Part shown: positions 50,601 to 63,642 of the stretch, piece by piece
How positions within the stretch are numbered: the first letter of the stretch is position 1
Layout: every line of letters begins with the position of its first letter
Assembly: GCF_006345805.1 (NCBI RefSeq)
Contig: NC_042997.1
Coordinates: 171,120,001-171,184,000, forward strand
From: Octopus sinensis
Lineage: Eukaryota
DNA length: 64,000 nucleotides
Direction: 5' to 3'
The notes under the pieces: model-generated
Database searches by the model: none
What the model saw: the letters and a program-made list of their open reading frames with translations, nothing else
Told to the model about the DNA's origin: nothing
Translations under genes and position numbers: made by a program

Positions 50601-50799
50601 AGATAACAGCTTTCTGACTGGGTAAATAATTATCAAACTTTAAACATCTATAACTTTTATTGTAAAAGCTTTCTGGAAACAGGGAAATATCTCCTGAGAT
50701 TCGGCATAGAAATTTACATCAATACACCAACTTTTAAAATTTGCAATAAACTGAAATTTCTACAGGTGCAGCCAAACACGAAAGATCACCACACATACT

Positions 50800-51388
50800 C
50801 ATACATACATACATACATACATACATACATACATACATACATACACACTATATGCATGAGAATACATACACAAACCAAAACATACAAATCTGCACGTATA
50901 CATATTTACAAAAATACCCTCTTGATACTGTTGAAATTCTGAAATTCCATTAGGTAAGAATCTGGCTCTTTCTCTATTGGCAAGAAATCTTGAAATAAAA
51001 CTGAATAATGACACATACATACATACATACATACATACATACATACCAACCTACGTACATACATACATACAACATACATACATACACACTATATGCATGA
51101 GAATACATACACAAACCAAAACATACAAATCTGCACGTATACATATTTACAAAAATACCCTCTTGATACTGTTGAAATTCTGAAATTCCATTAGGTAAGA
51201 ATCTGGCTCTTTCTCTATTGGCAAGAAATCTTGAAATAAAACTGAATAATGACACATACATACATACATACATACATACATACATACCAACCTACGTACA
51301 TACATACATACATATACATACATACATATACACATACATACATACATACATACATACATACCAACCTACATACATACATACATACATA
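50800..51388 (+). repeat. 241-bp tandem repeat (about 2.3 units) with (ACAT)n, lying between the halves of a minus-strand SINE-B (about 50305-51521)
   Basis: AAAATACCCTC at 50911 and 51152. Confidence 0.9.
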
Positions 51389-52161
51389 CTCTTTCATCAA
51401 CCAAATTCACTCATAAGGTTTTGATCGACCCGGGGCTATAGTAGAAGACACTTTTCCAAAATGTCATGCAGTGGGACTGAAATCAAGACCATATGGTTGG
51501 GAAGCAAACCACGCCTGCACCTGGTTAGTGCAAAGGATTAAAATAGTGATTTTGCTTTTACTGTTTAATATACGTGATGGTATATACATCGATCGAATCC
51601 TGATTTTACGCAGGCTATCCATCCAATCGTGGAGGCACATGGCCTAGTGGTTAGAGCAGCGGACTTGTGGTCGAGGGATCGCGGGTTCGAATCTCAGACC
51701 GAGCGATGTGTGTGTTTATGAGCGAAACGCCTAAGCTCCACGCGACTCTGGCAGAAGATAATGGCGAACTTCTTCTGACTCTTTCGCCACAACTTTCTCT
51801 CACTATTTCCTCCTGCATCTTGCAGCTCACCTGCGACGGACCAATCCAATCCAATCACGTGATTGATCACTGTTTATTCACGACTCTAAGACTGTTGGTA
51901 GGAAGGAGGAACTTAATGTCAGAATGAAAAATCCTGCTTGAATGCTTCCAACAGAGTGGATTCTATTAAAGGTGCTGAAAGACAAAGTTCTGGTATTAAA
52001 ACAGGTGGCTGAGCACATTGTCATCAATGAAAACAAGATTCATTTGCCAACCAAAGAGGGAACTTCATCGTAGTTGCTTAGCTTGACAGAAACAACTTCC
52101 TCAAGTGATACACTGGAATCTTTGAAAGAAAATAGAAAAAGGGAGGATACATTGGAGAATA

Positions 52162-52540
52162 AGGCGGCGAGCTGGCAGAATCGTTAGCACGCCGGGCGAA
52201 ATACTTAGCGGTATTTCGTCTGCCGCTACGTTCTGAGTTTAAATTCCCCTGGGGTCGACTTTGCCTTTCATCCTTTCGGGGTCGATTAAATATGTACCAG
52301 TTACGCACTGGGGTCGATGTAATGGTCTTAATCCGTGTGTCTGTCCTTGTTTGTCCCCTCTGTGCTTAGCCCCTTGTGGGTAGTAAGGAAATAGGTATTT
52401 CGTCTGCCGCTACGCTCTGAGTTTAAATTCCGCCGAGATCGACTTTGCCTTCGCACAGGGGTCGATATAATCTACTTAATCCGTTTGTCTATCCTTGTTT
52501 GTCCCCTCTGTGTTTAGCTGCTTGTGGGTAGTAAATAAAT
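52162..52540 (+). mobile_element. Dimeric SINE-A with about 21-bp TSD
   Basis: AGGATACATTG(G/A)AGAATAAGG at 52144-52164 and 52541-52561. Confidence 0.9.
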
Positions 52541-52615
52541 AGGATACATTGAAGAATAAGGCTGATGATTGTGGTTGAAGTACCTCTAAATATTGTTTAT
52601 TTATTAATTTATTTG

Positions 52616-52945
52616 ATTGCTCAGTGGTTAGAACATCGGATTCACAATCCTAAGGTTGTGAGTACAATTCCCGGACCAGGCTGTGTGTTGTGTTTTTGAG
52701 CAAGACACTTTATTTCATATTGCTCCAGTTCAATCAGCTGTAGAAATGAGTTGCACCATCACTGGTGCCAAGCTGTGTAGGCCTTTGTTTTTCCCTTGGA
52801 TAACATCGGTAGCATGAAGAGGGAGGCTGGTATGCATAGGTGACTGCTGGTCTTCCATAAACAACCTAGTCAGGACTTGTGCCTCAGAGGGGAACTTTCT
52901 AGGTGCAATCCCATGGTCATTCATGACTGAAGGGAGTCTTTACTT
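52616..52945 (+). mobile_element. SINE family D
   Basis: Paralogue of 5512-5864. Confidence 0.85.
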
Positions 52946-53179
52946 TTATTGGCAGGTTAATGAACAGCTGGATTAAATTGTATTATCTTCATTACAAGCT
53001 GTAAGGGGCAGCATTAGGTCTGCTAAGAGTGATACTATTAGAAAGGAGAAGGGCAGATATGGCAGCGTGGGCAGAAACAGCGAAAGGAGTTCAAGGCTAG
53101 GAACAGGTGGAAGAAGGGAGAAGCGAAAGGTAACAGGATTAGATTGTAGGCAATGGAAGTAGCAGAGGGTGGTGTGTTG

Positions 53180-53485
53180 TAGACTTTATAAGCCTAGTAC
53201 TTATTCTATTGGTCTCTTTTGACAAACTGCTAAGTTACAGGGATGTAAATACACTGACATCAGTTGCCAAGCGATGGTGAGGAAACAAATATAGACACAA
53301 AAACACACACACATACATACACGATTGGCTTCTTTCAGTTTCTGTCTACCAAATCCACTCACAAGGCTTTGGTCAGCCCGAGGCTATAGAAAAAGATATT
53401 TGCCCAAGATGCCACATAGTGGGACTGAACCCAGCACCATGTGGTTGGAAAGCAAGCTTCTTACCACACAGTCATGCCTGTGCCT
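53180..53485 (-). mobile_element. SINE-B, degenerate
   Basis: Family match. Confidence 0.8.
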
Positions 53486-53546
53486 CATTCATCCTTAATT
53501 TTCCCTAATGTATAATTCTCCTTTAGGTATCATTCTATGAGACATA

Positions 53547-53600
<54 letters not shown>

Positions 53601-53635
53601 CACACAAACACAAATATAAAGAAAAATATTTTTCA

Positions 53636-55400
53636 TTTTTACTTTTATTTATTTGAGTCAAAGGCTGTGGCCATGGTAGAACAACGTCATTGATGTGATC
53701 ATTAGTTTATTCCATTTCATTTCATTTCCATGGTCTTCCTGTTTGGTCCTGATGAATGAGGGACTTTATCTATTTGTCTCCTTATTTGCTTTTCTTGTGA
53801 TATAGGTTCATCTGGTGTCTCAGACAAATATCTGTCTAAGTATTTTCAGATACATCTACATACCTTGTAGATAGATCTCTGAGAATTTTCAGCAAGATAT
53901 TAAAATGCTGTGGGGCCCATGAACCCTGTGTTTGTACAGTATAGGCTTATTTCTTGATGGTGCTTTTGGTACACTGTGGCAGCATCTAGTTTGGGGATTG
54001 GTATAGTTTTAAACCCAGTGTTAGATGCTAAACCCCACCAGAATTTTCCATATATATATCATATATATCTTTTGTGTCTTCGCTGTAGTGTAGAGTCTCA
54101 GTTGTTTAAGTCTCTCCCAGGGGCTCGTGTTGCACAGAGGCAAATTTCTTGGTATAACAGCATTGAATTGCCTTGAGCTTGGCTATTAGTTTGGCTATTA
54201 TTCTATAGATTTCTTTCGACAAACTGCCAAGTTAACAGGGATGCAAACACACCGACATCAGTTGCCAAGCAATGGTGGGGAAACAAATACAGACACAAAG
54301 ACACACACACACAAATACATACATATACATATGCAATGGTCTTCTTTCAGTTTCCATCTACCAAATATGGCAACCATAATTGAGAACAGTAGTCCAGGCA
54401 ACTGAGAATGAAATTTTCTTTATAAGATCATAAGACCAAGATGGTATCCTTTTTCTTGCTCTGAAAGATCTCAAAATTCAATAAGCCAGTCTTCTGCAAA
54501 TTGTTGCCATCTTAAGAATAGGCACACAAAATGATGCGTCATTATCCTTGTAGATTTCCAGATCATGCACTGATTCCAGTATTGCAGCATCTCCAGTTCC
54601 TGTACAATATGATTGCATTATGTTTGTGAGTTAATATCAGAGTGCTTGGAATTTTTTAATATTGAACAGCTTGTTCAGGTCTTGTAGATTTGCTTTATCA
54701 TCAGGTTCCTTGACTGCCTGTGATCCTTTTGTATTGTTAGTGAAGCTGGTGAGAATGGCTGATTGTATGAATGAGAGATTGCCTGAAAGAGTCAGCACAA
54801 ACAGTAGTGGCCCTTGTTCAGTTCTGTTATAAATTTATACACCTCAGAGAGACCACTGTTGGCTCCTTCCTTTTAAAAAGTTACTTCCCTAGTCTTCCAA
54901 CTATACTAGAGTCACCAGTTTGTAGCTTATAATTTTTGTGAGCAATTTTATTGATGCCCTTTGCAAAGCTGAGATACATTACATCCACATTTAAATGATT
55001 AGCCTGATGCTTCAGTACCCAGTCATAATGTAGCAGTAATTGTGTGAGGCAGTTCCTTCTTGGATGGAAGCCATCCTGCATATCAATGAGCAAGACATTT
55101 TTTTTTTTCTAGTGACATGATCAGCTTCCTTCTGACAAAGTGTTCCATGACTGCTGATATGTAAGGTCAATGAGATAGACCAGTAATTTTTAGCATTTGC
55201 TTTGCTTTCTTCTTTATTGATAGGGCATATTATACTTTCTTTTAACTTTTTAGGAAGTTTATTGCATACAAACAAGTTCCGGAAAAGTATCTGCAGATGC
55301 CTTACCAAAGCCTTCCCACATGTCTTGAAAAGAATTGCTGTAAAACTATCAGGGACTGTTACTGAATTCAAGCTCATCTCATCAATTCAATAGCTGATAT
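53636..55400 (-). pseudogene. CR1/L2-group LINE ORF2 relic (RT domain through 3' end), interrupted by a SINE-B fragment at about 54200-54366
   Basis: ESIICPINK...AKNYWSISLT, QDGFHPRRNCLTQLL, VDVMYLSFAK, GPLLFV, LDYCSQLW, WERLKQLRLY, PDEP. Confidence 0.85.
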
Positions 55401-55679
55401 AATACCTTTCTCTCAAATGTCACCAGGGTCAACTTTGCCTTTCATCTTTCCAGGGTTGATTAAATAGGTACTAGTTGAACACTGGAGCCACTGTAATTCA
55501 CTTACTCCTTCCACTGTGACCACTGGCCATGTGCTAAAATTAGAAACTGATATATCCCTCTGCTTTATGTCGATTACATTAACACTTACCTCTTCCTGAT
55601 GTAGAACTGTTCAGGTTTATATACATATCTCCCAGTAGGAAAGGGAAAACATTTTGACATCATTTATTTGCAATTTCGC

Positions 55680-55935
55680 TTAGGCATAGGAGTGGTTGTG
55701 TGGTAAGTAGCTTGCTTACGAACCACATGGTTCCAGGTTCAGTCCCTCTGTGTGACACCTCGGGCAAGTGTCTTCTACTATAGCTTCGGGCCGACCAAAG
55801 CCTTGTGAGTGGATTTGGTAAATGGAAACTGAAAGAAGCCCGTCATATATATGTATATATGTATGTGTGTGTATATGTTTGCATATCTGTGTTTGTCCCC
55901 CAACATTGCTTGACAACTGATGCTGGTGTGTTTAT
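55680..55935 (+). mobile_element. SINE-B 5' portion
   Basis: Family match. Confidence 0.85.
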
Positions 55936-55944
55936 GTATATATG

Positions 55945-56261
55945 TAAAATACAGTGTACATTTAAACACATTAAGAGGTTTCCATTATAGGAATCCTTTA
56001 CGCTAGAAAGAACAGCTAAAGTCCAAACCACTAATTAGGGATAAATTCTTAAAGGGAATGAAAAATAATTTACCATCTATTTCCTGGACCATGGTTTCTG
56101 ACTTATTTTAGCAAATAAAATAGATGGTAAATGTTTATATTTTTCATTCCCTTCGAGAATTTATCCCTAATTAGTGGTTTGGACTTTAGCTGTTCTTTCT
56201 AGCGTAAAGGATTCCTATGATGGAAACCTCTTCTATGAGTTTTAATGTACACTGTATTTTA
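55945..56261. repeat. Foldback, about 140-bp imperfect arms, 35-nt loop
   Basis: Arms 55945-56082 and 56118-56261. Confidence 0.9.
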
Positions 56262-56489
56262 TATGAATAATATATAGTCTATTGACTAATTTTTCTATAC
56301 GCTAGGCCACTGGTAGTAAAAATTTCCAAAATCTTTATTATTCTGATATTATTAATTATATATATATATATCCGTATACTGTAACTTTAACATATAATTA
56401 TGTAGGTATGTTTGTGTGTGTGTGTGTGTGTGCGTGTTTGTGTGTGCGTGTGTGTGTGTATGTATATATAAGCATACATATACAGGTAT

Positions 56490-56722
56490 CTTTTATTTGT
56501 TTCAGCCACTAGACTGTAGCTATGCTGGGCCGCTGCCTTGAATTTTTAGTTCAATGAATTGACCCCAGTACTATAGTTCTTTTTCTAAGCCTGGTATTTA
56601 TTTTATCAATCTCTTTTGCTGAACTGCTAAGCTATGGGGATGCAAACACACCAACACCATTTGTCAAGTGGTGGTGAGGGGCAAACACAGACAGAAAGAC
56701 ACACACACATAGATATACATGC

Positions 56723-56753
<31 letters not shown>

Positions 56754-56905
56754 ATGGGCTTCTTTCAGTTTCCATCTACCAAATCTACTCAGAAGGCTTT
56801 AGTTGGCCTGAGGCTATAAGCAGAAAACACCTGCCCAAGGTGCCACACAGTGGGACTGAACCTGGAACCATGTGGTTGGGAAGCAAGCTTCTTATCACAC
56901 AGCCA
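56490..56905. mobile_element. Rearranged SINE-B pieces (minus-strand tail, then TCTTTCAG...GTGGTTGG segment)
   Basis: Family match, degenerate. Confidence 0.7.
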
Positions 56906-56913
56906 TGCATATA

Positions 56914-56952
<39 letters not shown>

Positions 56953-57407
56953 TTGTGTGTGTGTATTTGTATATGTATGTATTCATGTATACTGGCAATA
57001 CTTGTATCCATGGAAGTTCTACAGTTATATTGCAAACAGTGAGATTACTGGAAGTTTATTGGGAGCAAAAAACACATCATTTCTTTTGAAAATTTCTTAT
57101 TTGGGAGTGTTTCATCCTTTTGAAGACATTGCAGTTCATATATAAAGAAAGTGAAGACACAATCTTAGGAAAGATTTCTTCTTGAAGACTATACATATAT
57201 ATCACCTCTTCAACCTTGAAAGCTGTTATATATTATCATCATCGTTATCCGTATTATTTTTATATTGATTTCAAAAATGAAAAGCAAATTACAATCTATT
57301 TATAACAATTTTTTCTCTATGGCATGACTACATTGGGGTCTTAACCCTTTTAATACCAACCTGTCTCAGACCATGCCTATTTCTATGATACAAACTTCCT
57401 ATTTTAA

Positions 57408-57615
57408 TCCTTTAGCCTTCAGATTATTCTGGTCAAACATAATGTATATATATTCACATTATTCTGAATCACTCATGCATTATCTTGTAGCTTTCAAATT
57501 TAAATGATGTGACTGTTTAATGTTTAGAATGGCCATGTTGGGCAGGTATGATAGGCTAGATCTGGCCAGTTTGCAGATAAAATTGAAGGATATTACTGGT
57601 TTAAATACTAAAGGA
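57408..57615. mobile_element. piggyBac-like MITE nested in a related TTAA|CCC element starting at 57345
   Basis: TTAA|TCCTTTAG...CTAAAGGA|TTAA. Confidence 0.7.
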
Positions 57616-57796
57616 TTAAAGTAGTTTAAATTAAAAACTTGAAGTAAAACAGATAAAAGGTGTCAATATATGTTAATTGCACAAGAAAGATAATTCATCC
57701 GAATTTATAGGGGAAGACAAAAAAAATGCGTTTTTTTTTATGAATTACCTTAGTATCTTGCTTGAGATTGAAATCAGAACCTCTAGATGACTGGGA

Positions 57797-58030
57797 AAGG
57801 TGGCGAGCTGGCAGAATCATTAGCACGCCAGGCGAAATGCTTAGCAGTATTTCGTCTGCCGTTACGTTCTGAGTTCAAAATTCCGCCGAGGTCGACTTCG
57901 CCTTTCATCCTTTCGGGATTGATAAATTAAGTACCAGTTACACACTGGGGTCGGTGTAATCGACTTAATCCATTTGTCTGTCCTTGTTTGTCCCCTCTAT
58001 GTTTAGCCCCTTGTGGGCAATAAAGAAATA
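57797..58030 (+). mobile_element. SINE-A with 18-bp TSD
   Basis: AGAACCTCTAGATGACTG at 57776-57793 and 58031-58048. Confidence 0.92.
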
Positions 58031-59113
58031 AGAACCTCTAGATGACTGCACTACATTAACCGATCCTAGGCAAGGCACTAAAGTGAATCACAAGAAACCT
58101 GAAGAAGGCTGGAGCAGTCTGACTAATATAAACAGTGTACATAATATAAATTCCACTTCGCAGAAGTATAGAACTGTACAATAGGCTTCTTTAAGTTTCC
58201 ATCACTCAAGTACTTCACTGGTTGAGATGAAAAGCAAGGCCAACACTAGTAAATCTAAATTCTTAAGCGTATCTAGCTATGGTGCTTTGCATTGATTTTT
58301 AGTATCATGGAGGTCAACTTTTCCTTTTATTCTTAACATGGTTGATGAAATAAATTACAAGTCAAATATTGGAATCAATATAATCAGTTGTTCTTTGTCC
58401 AACATTTCTGGCAGTGTGCCTCTGTAAGAAAATATCTAAGAGTGGCAATCTTAGATAACCAACTTAACACGGATGTCATATTAGAACACTAGATACTGCA
58501 TTATTTATCTAGAGAGAACCTCTTACATGGACTCATGGTGCATAAAAGAACTTGTATATAAATCAAAGAGAAACAAGAACTGTCTGCTACAGTCACTGTA
58601 ACAACCAGATCATGTGATTTTGCCCAGTTTTGACTCCTCAGTTGCTGACATCCAGTAGCAACATAACAGTCAAATTTCATTGTCAACAATATATAGATTA
58701 TTAAAATCCATATAAAGATTTTAATATATATTAAATATATATTAATATATAGATTATTAAAACATAATTAATAGTGACAGAAAATGTACTAATACCAAAA
58801 TGGCAATCTTTATATCCAACTTAATGTGGAAGTTAAGATCCCCGTTTAAGTTGCCCTCTGGTAGTAATACTGCTTCTGTAACTGTTAATTATTATCTATG
58901 GTATTATTTTGTATACCATGATGTGTTTATGCTTTAACAAGCATAATTCACAAGTATTTAGGTATTTCAGCCATCTTTATGTTCCGAGTTCAAATTCTGC
59001 CGAGGTCGACTTTGCCTTTCATCCTTTCAAGGTTGATAAATTAAGTACCAGTTGAATACTGGGATTGATATAATTGATTATCCCCCTCCTCCAAATTTAT
59101 TATTATTATTATT

Positions 59114-59625
59114 GAGAGAGTAGTGCATACTATCAAAATGGTACTGGGATAAAATATACAAAGCTCTATATACCCATCATGACAATCCATTAGAGAAGGA
59201 TATACCAGGCACTTGCATCACAACCATATGTGTGCGACATGGTGATCTTATATTAAGATAAACAGTGCATGACCTTGCAGGTTAGAATTTTCTTCAGGTT
59301 GAATAGCCCACCCTAAATAAGGTTTGTTTAAGGATGATGAACAAAACACCCATGTCTCCAAACCCCAAAGAATTCCTCTCAACACACGGTTTTGATGCAT
59401 CCCCCACTATTTCTGCTCATGACCAGAGATGCACATATTGTCAGCCACTAAGGGACATGATCAACTGGTTAAGGTCAAGCAACTGACAAGTAAATCTGTG
59501 GTATGGAGCAGAATATTTGTTGTAGCCAATCTTTTACACCAACACAAAACAATGTACATGATAACACTTCCAATCAGCTAAGATCAAAAGCCATGAGAGG
59601 CACTGCCTGGTACTGCATCAGGGCA
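59114..59625. mobile_element. Non-coding interspersed repeat bounded by (ATT)n
   Basis: Both ends abut ATT repeats; I recall it as a common octopus repeat, class not assigned. Confidence 0.5.
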
Positions 59626-59646
59626 TTTATTATTATTATTATTATT

Positions 59647-59858
59647 CAGAAGTTTGTTTTTATCTCTGCTTTCACTTCACTAACGAGCGCAACTCTGTGT
59701 GCCTTGGGTATCTGCTGTGGTTTGTTGTGATGCTCTAATGGTTACTGTATTGAAAGTGTTTTGTGTAGGATGTGCGCAGTGCCCAGTAGTGCAATTTTCA
59801 GTATGTTGTATATATTTGTAAGTCCTGGTGTTTTTGTTATGTATTTGTCTGAATATTT
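59647..59858 (-). mobile_element. R4/Dong-like (RLE-type) non-LTR 3' end
   Basis: C-terminus KIALLGTAHILHKTLSIQ* plus 3'UTR, flanked by (AAT)n on both sides. Confidence 0.65.
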
Positions 59859-59862
59859 ATTA

Positions 59863-59906
<44 letters not shown>

Positions 59907-61350
59907 AAGGTGGGGGCAGTGAGCTAGCAGAATAGTTAGCATGTTGAATTGACTTTTACATTCTGAGTTCATATCTCTACAAGGTTAACTTTGCCTTTCG
60001 TCCTATGAAGGTTGATAAAATAAAGTATCAGTCAAGTACGAGGGTCAATGTAATCGACTAGACCCTTCACAAAACTTCAGGCCTTCTGCCGATAGTAACA
60101 AGCAAGCAAACGAGTTGTCAAGTAAGCAAGCAAGGAAGCGAGCAAGCAATGAAGCAAGCAAGCAAGCAAGCAAGGAAGGAAGGAAGGGAGGGAGGGAGGG
60201 GGGAGAAAGAAAGAAAGAAATTATTATTAATAAGGCACTGAAGTGGTAGGTATTTCTTCTGGTTCATTACGTTCTGAGTTCAAATCTCGCCTAGTTCAAC
60301 TTTGCCTTTCACTCGTTCGGAGTTGATAAAATAAAGTACCAATCAAATACTGGGATCCACAGAATTGACTTCCCTCCGCTTCTTGAAATCGTTAGCTTTG
60401 TGCCAAAACGTGAAACAATTATAATATATCATTAAAAACAAACGGAGGTGTAGAACGCAGTAGTTGGCTATTTAATGTCGTTTCATCCCCAAGTGAGCAG
60501 ATGTGACACTCCTATATTTTAATATATCAATGACTACGTTTGTTCAATGTCCCCTTTATCGGTAGCGAATACGTTTTGAGACCGATTTGTGTGATATTTA
60601 TAGTAAGTCGAGCGTACGCGTAGAGACTCTTTTTGTTAATTCGGATACGCTCACTGCACACAAGGATAACGCCGTACTAAATACTCCGAAACTGACAGGA
60701 TGGTCACAGCTGGAATGCTTCAACAACTGTATTTTTTTCCTCCCCCTACGTGAATAAGAAAATCCACATTTTCCTTAATAAAACTGAGTAATAATATATA
60801 CCTCCTCTCGCTTTTAGAGAACATGTTTATCAATAAATAATACAGCATACAGCTAGCTTTTTCGAATATTTCTATAATTCTGTTTGTAGGCGAGAGTATC
60901 TTTAACAAACAAAAGTACTGTCTCCTCTATTTATTTTCTGGGTATACAGAATTCTAGAAATTAGCTGGAAGGTGATTGACGTGTGGGACTTACGAGAAGA
61001 AGCTAAATCGCGTCAAATGTGCGTATTCTTGAGGTGGAAAGAATAATAATACACAGAAAGAGAAAGCAGAAAAAAGAAGTTAAAAAAATGAATAAATAAA
61101 GAGAAAATAGGTAAACGTTATGTTGTATACCTCGTGGTAATTTAGCAAGCTTTGTTGACGATTAAATCAAAACATGAGAAAACAAACTACAAATAAAAGC
61201 GTGGAGGACAAAACAATTAACGAGAAATACAAAATAAATACTTGAAGGATTTCACATTTTTTTTCTCTCGCTATCATAGCCTTGCTGTATGTAAGTATTA
61301 TTGTAACATACACACACACACGTATATACATATATACCCAAACATACATA

Positions 61351-61422
<72 letters not shown>

Positions 61423-61974
61423 TTGCTACGGGTGATGAGTTTGTAGTGTGTGATGTGTGCTTTCAGATGCATAGGCCTTACAGTATGTGAGTGAGCTCGT
61501 GCCAGCTTTTGTGTGTGTGTGTGTGTGTGTATATAGTGGTAGATATACATGTACCTTAAGTATACAAAACACACAAATGCGAAATGCATTATGACAAAGA
61601 TCACTATTATCATATAAAAAAAACAACAGCTCATACTGTGAATAATTGTGTACATAAATACACACACATACACACACACACACAAATGTATGCATGTGGT
61701 GTACATTCATTAATACATACCATTCATACACACAAGCATTCACACATGAACATAACTGGTTGCACACAACATTATATTATGTATGTAATGTATGTATGTA
61801 TGCATGCATTCATGCATGTATGTATTCGAGGGCTTGTGTGTGCATACGTACGTAGATATATACCAGTGCACAAACATTTATCCGTGTTACGATAGAGAAT
61901 TAGAGCACTGCATGTGTATTTTAGATCGCGAGCGTGTGTGTATTTGAGTATATCATGTTTGACTTTCTGCCTGT

Positions 61975-62250
<276 letters not shown>

Positions 62251-62407
62251 TCTATAGCGCTAGTCTCTCTCGCCTTCTTTTTCTTTGCCATAGGCTATCA
62301 GGTCTTAGGGCCTGAGGATACGCCATAAAGGAACCCTATAAACCGGTCTTCACCAATAATTGATACACACACACACACACTAATACACACATACAATCAT
62401 ACATATA

Positions 62408-62461
<54 letters not shown>

Positions 62462-62664
62462 CTGTTGTGTCTGGGGAGAGTCATTTTCCTTTTGTGCCTT
62501 ATAATTTACCACACGCACCGGTAAAATTTCAAGACTATTGAAAAGGTTGCAAGACGCAACGAAAATTTTAGGAAAATAAAAATAAGAAATAAGTGGGAAT
62601 TTTACCGGTGAGTGTGTTACATTATAAGGCACAAAAAGAAAAAGACTCTCCCCAGACACAACAG
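62462..62664. repeat. Foldback, about 68-bp arms, next to (TA)n
   Basis: CTGTTGTGTCTGGGGAGAGTC...ACCGGTAAAATT and its inverse at 62598-62664. Confidence 0.9.
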
Positions 62665-62766
62665 AATATGCTTCAACACACGAACTCAGAGAAAGAATAT
62701 TGCAAATCAAGTCCCAAAATGAAATATATATATATATATATATATATACACAGGATTGGTTCACTA

Positions 62767-63135
62767 GGCGCAGGAGTGGCTATATAAATAACTTTCTGAC
62801 CAACCACATGGTTCCGGGTTCAGTCCCACTGCGTGGCACCTTGGGCAAGTGTCTTCTACTATAGCCTCGGGCCGACCAAACCATTATGAGTAAATATGGT
62901 AAAAGAAGCCCGTCGTATATATAATATGTGTGTGTGTGTGTATGTTTGTGTGTCTGTTTGACACTCCCACCATCGTTTGACAACCGATGCTGGTGTGTTT
63001 ACGTCCTCGTAACTTAGCGGTTTGGCAAAAAATGCCGATAGAATAAGTACTAGACTTTCAAAGAATAAGCCCTAGGGTCGAGTTGTTCGACTATAGGCGC
63101 TCTTCCAGCATGACTGAAACAAATAAAAGAGTAAA
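62767..63135 (+). mobile_element. Near full-length SINE-B
   Basis: Family match. Confidence 0.88.
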
Positions 63136-63642
63136 TGAATATATATATAGATTATAGATATTGATTGATAGATAGGTAGATTGATCTGTATGTGAGTGTG
63201 TTTATGGATATACAGCATATCTATATTTGTAATATGTATGTAATGTATACACGCTCACATGGCACACACGTGTACTCATGCCTAAATCTAAATCTTTCAA
63301 GCTTCTTTTACCTGACTGACTACCGTATTTTCAAAAATACACACAAATTATTCTCTTTCGATCCGAGCCGAGTGGAGCCGAGATTGATGGCTTCTATGCG
63401 GTCGTTTTGATATGCTAGAAATAGGCAAATATCCTTCAAGTCATTTGCTGTCCTACATAAGAACAAACATGTTAGACCATGTAGTTCTAGATGTTTTACG
63501 CCTGTAAATAAAACGAGATGGTCCGCTCAATTGGGGTGGAGTTGGGACTAAACAACAGCAGTCGAGCCCCACAAGTAAGCTTGCATGCGGTCGTTCGACC
63601 TACTAATTATAGTAGCTAACGTTCCTCAAATACACACTTTAC

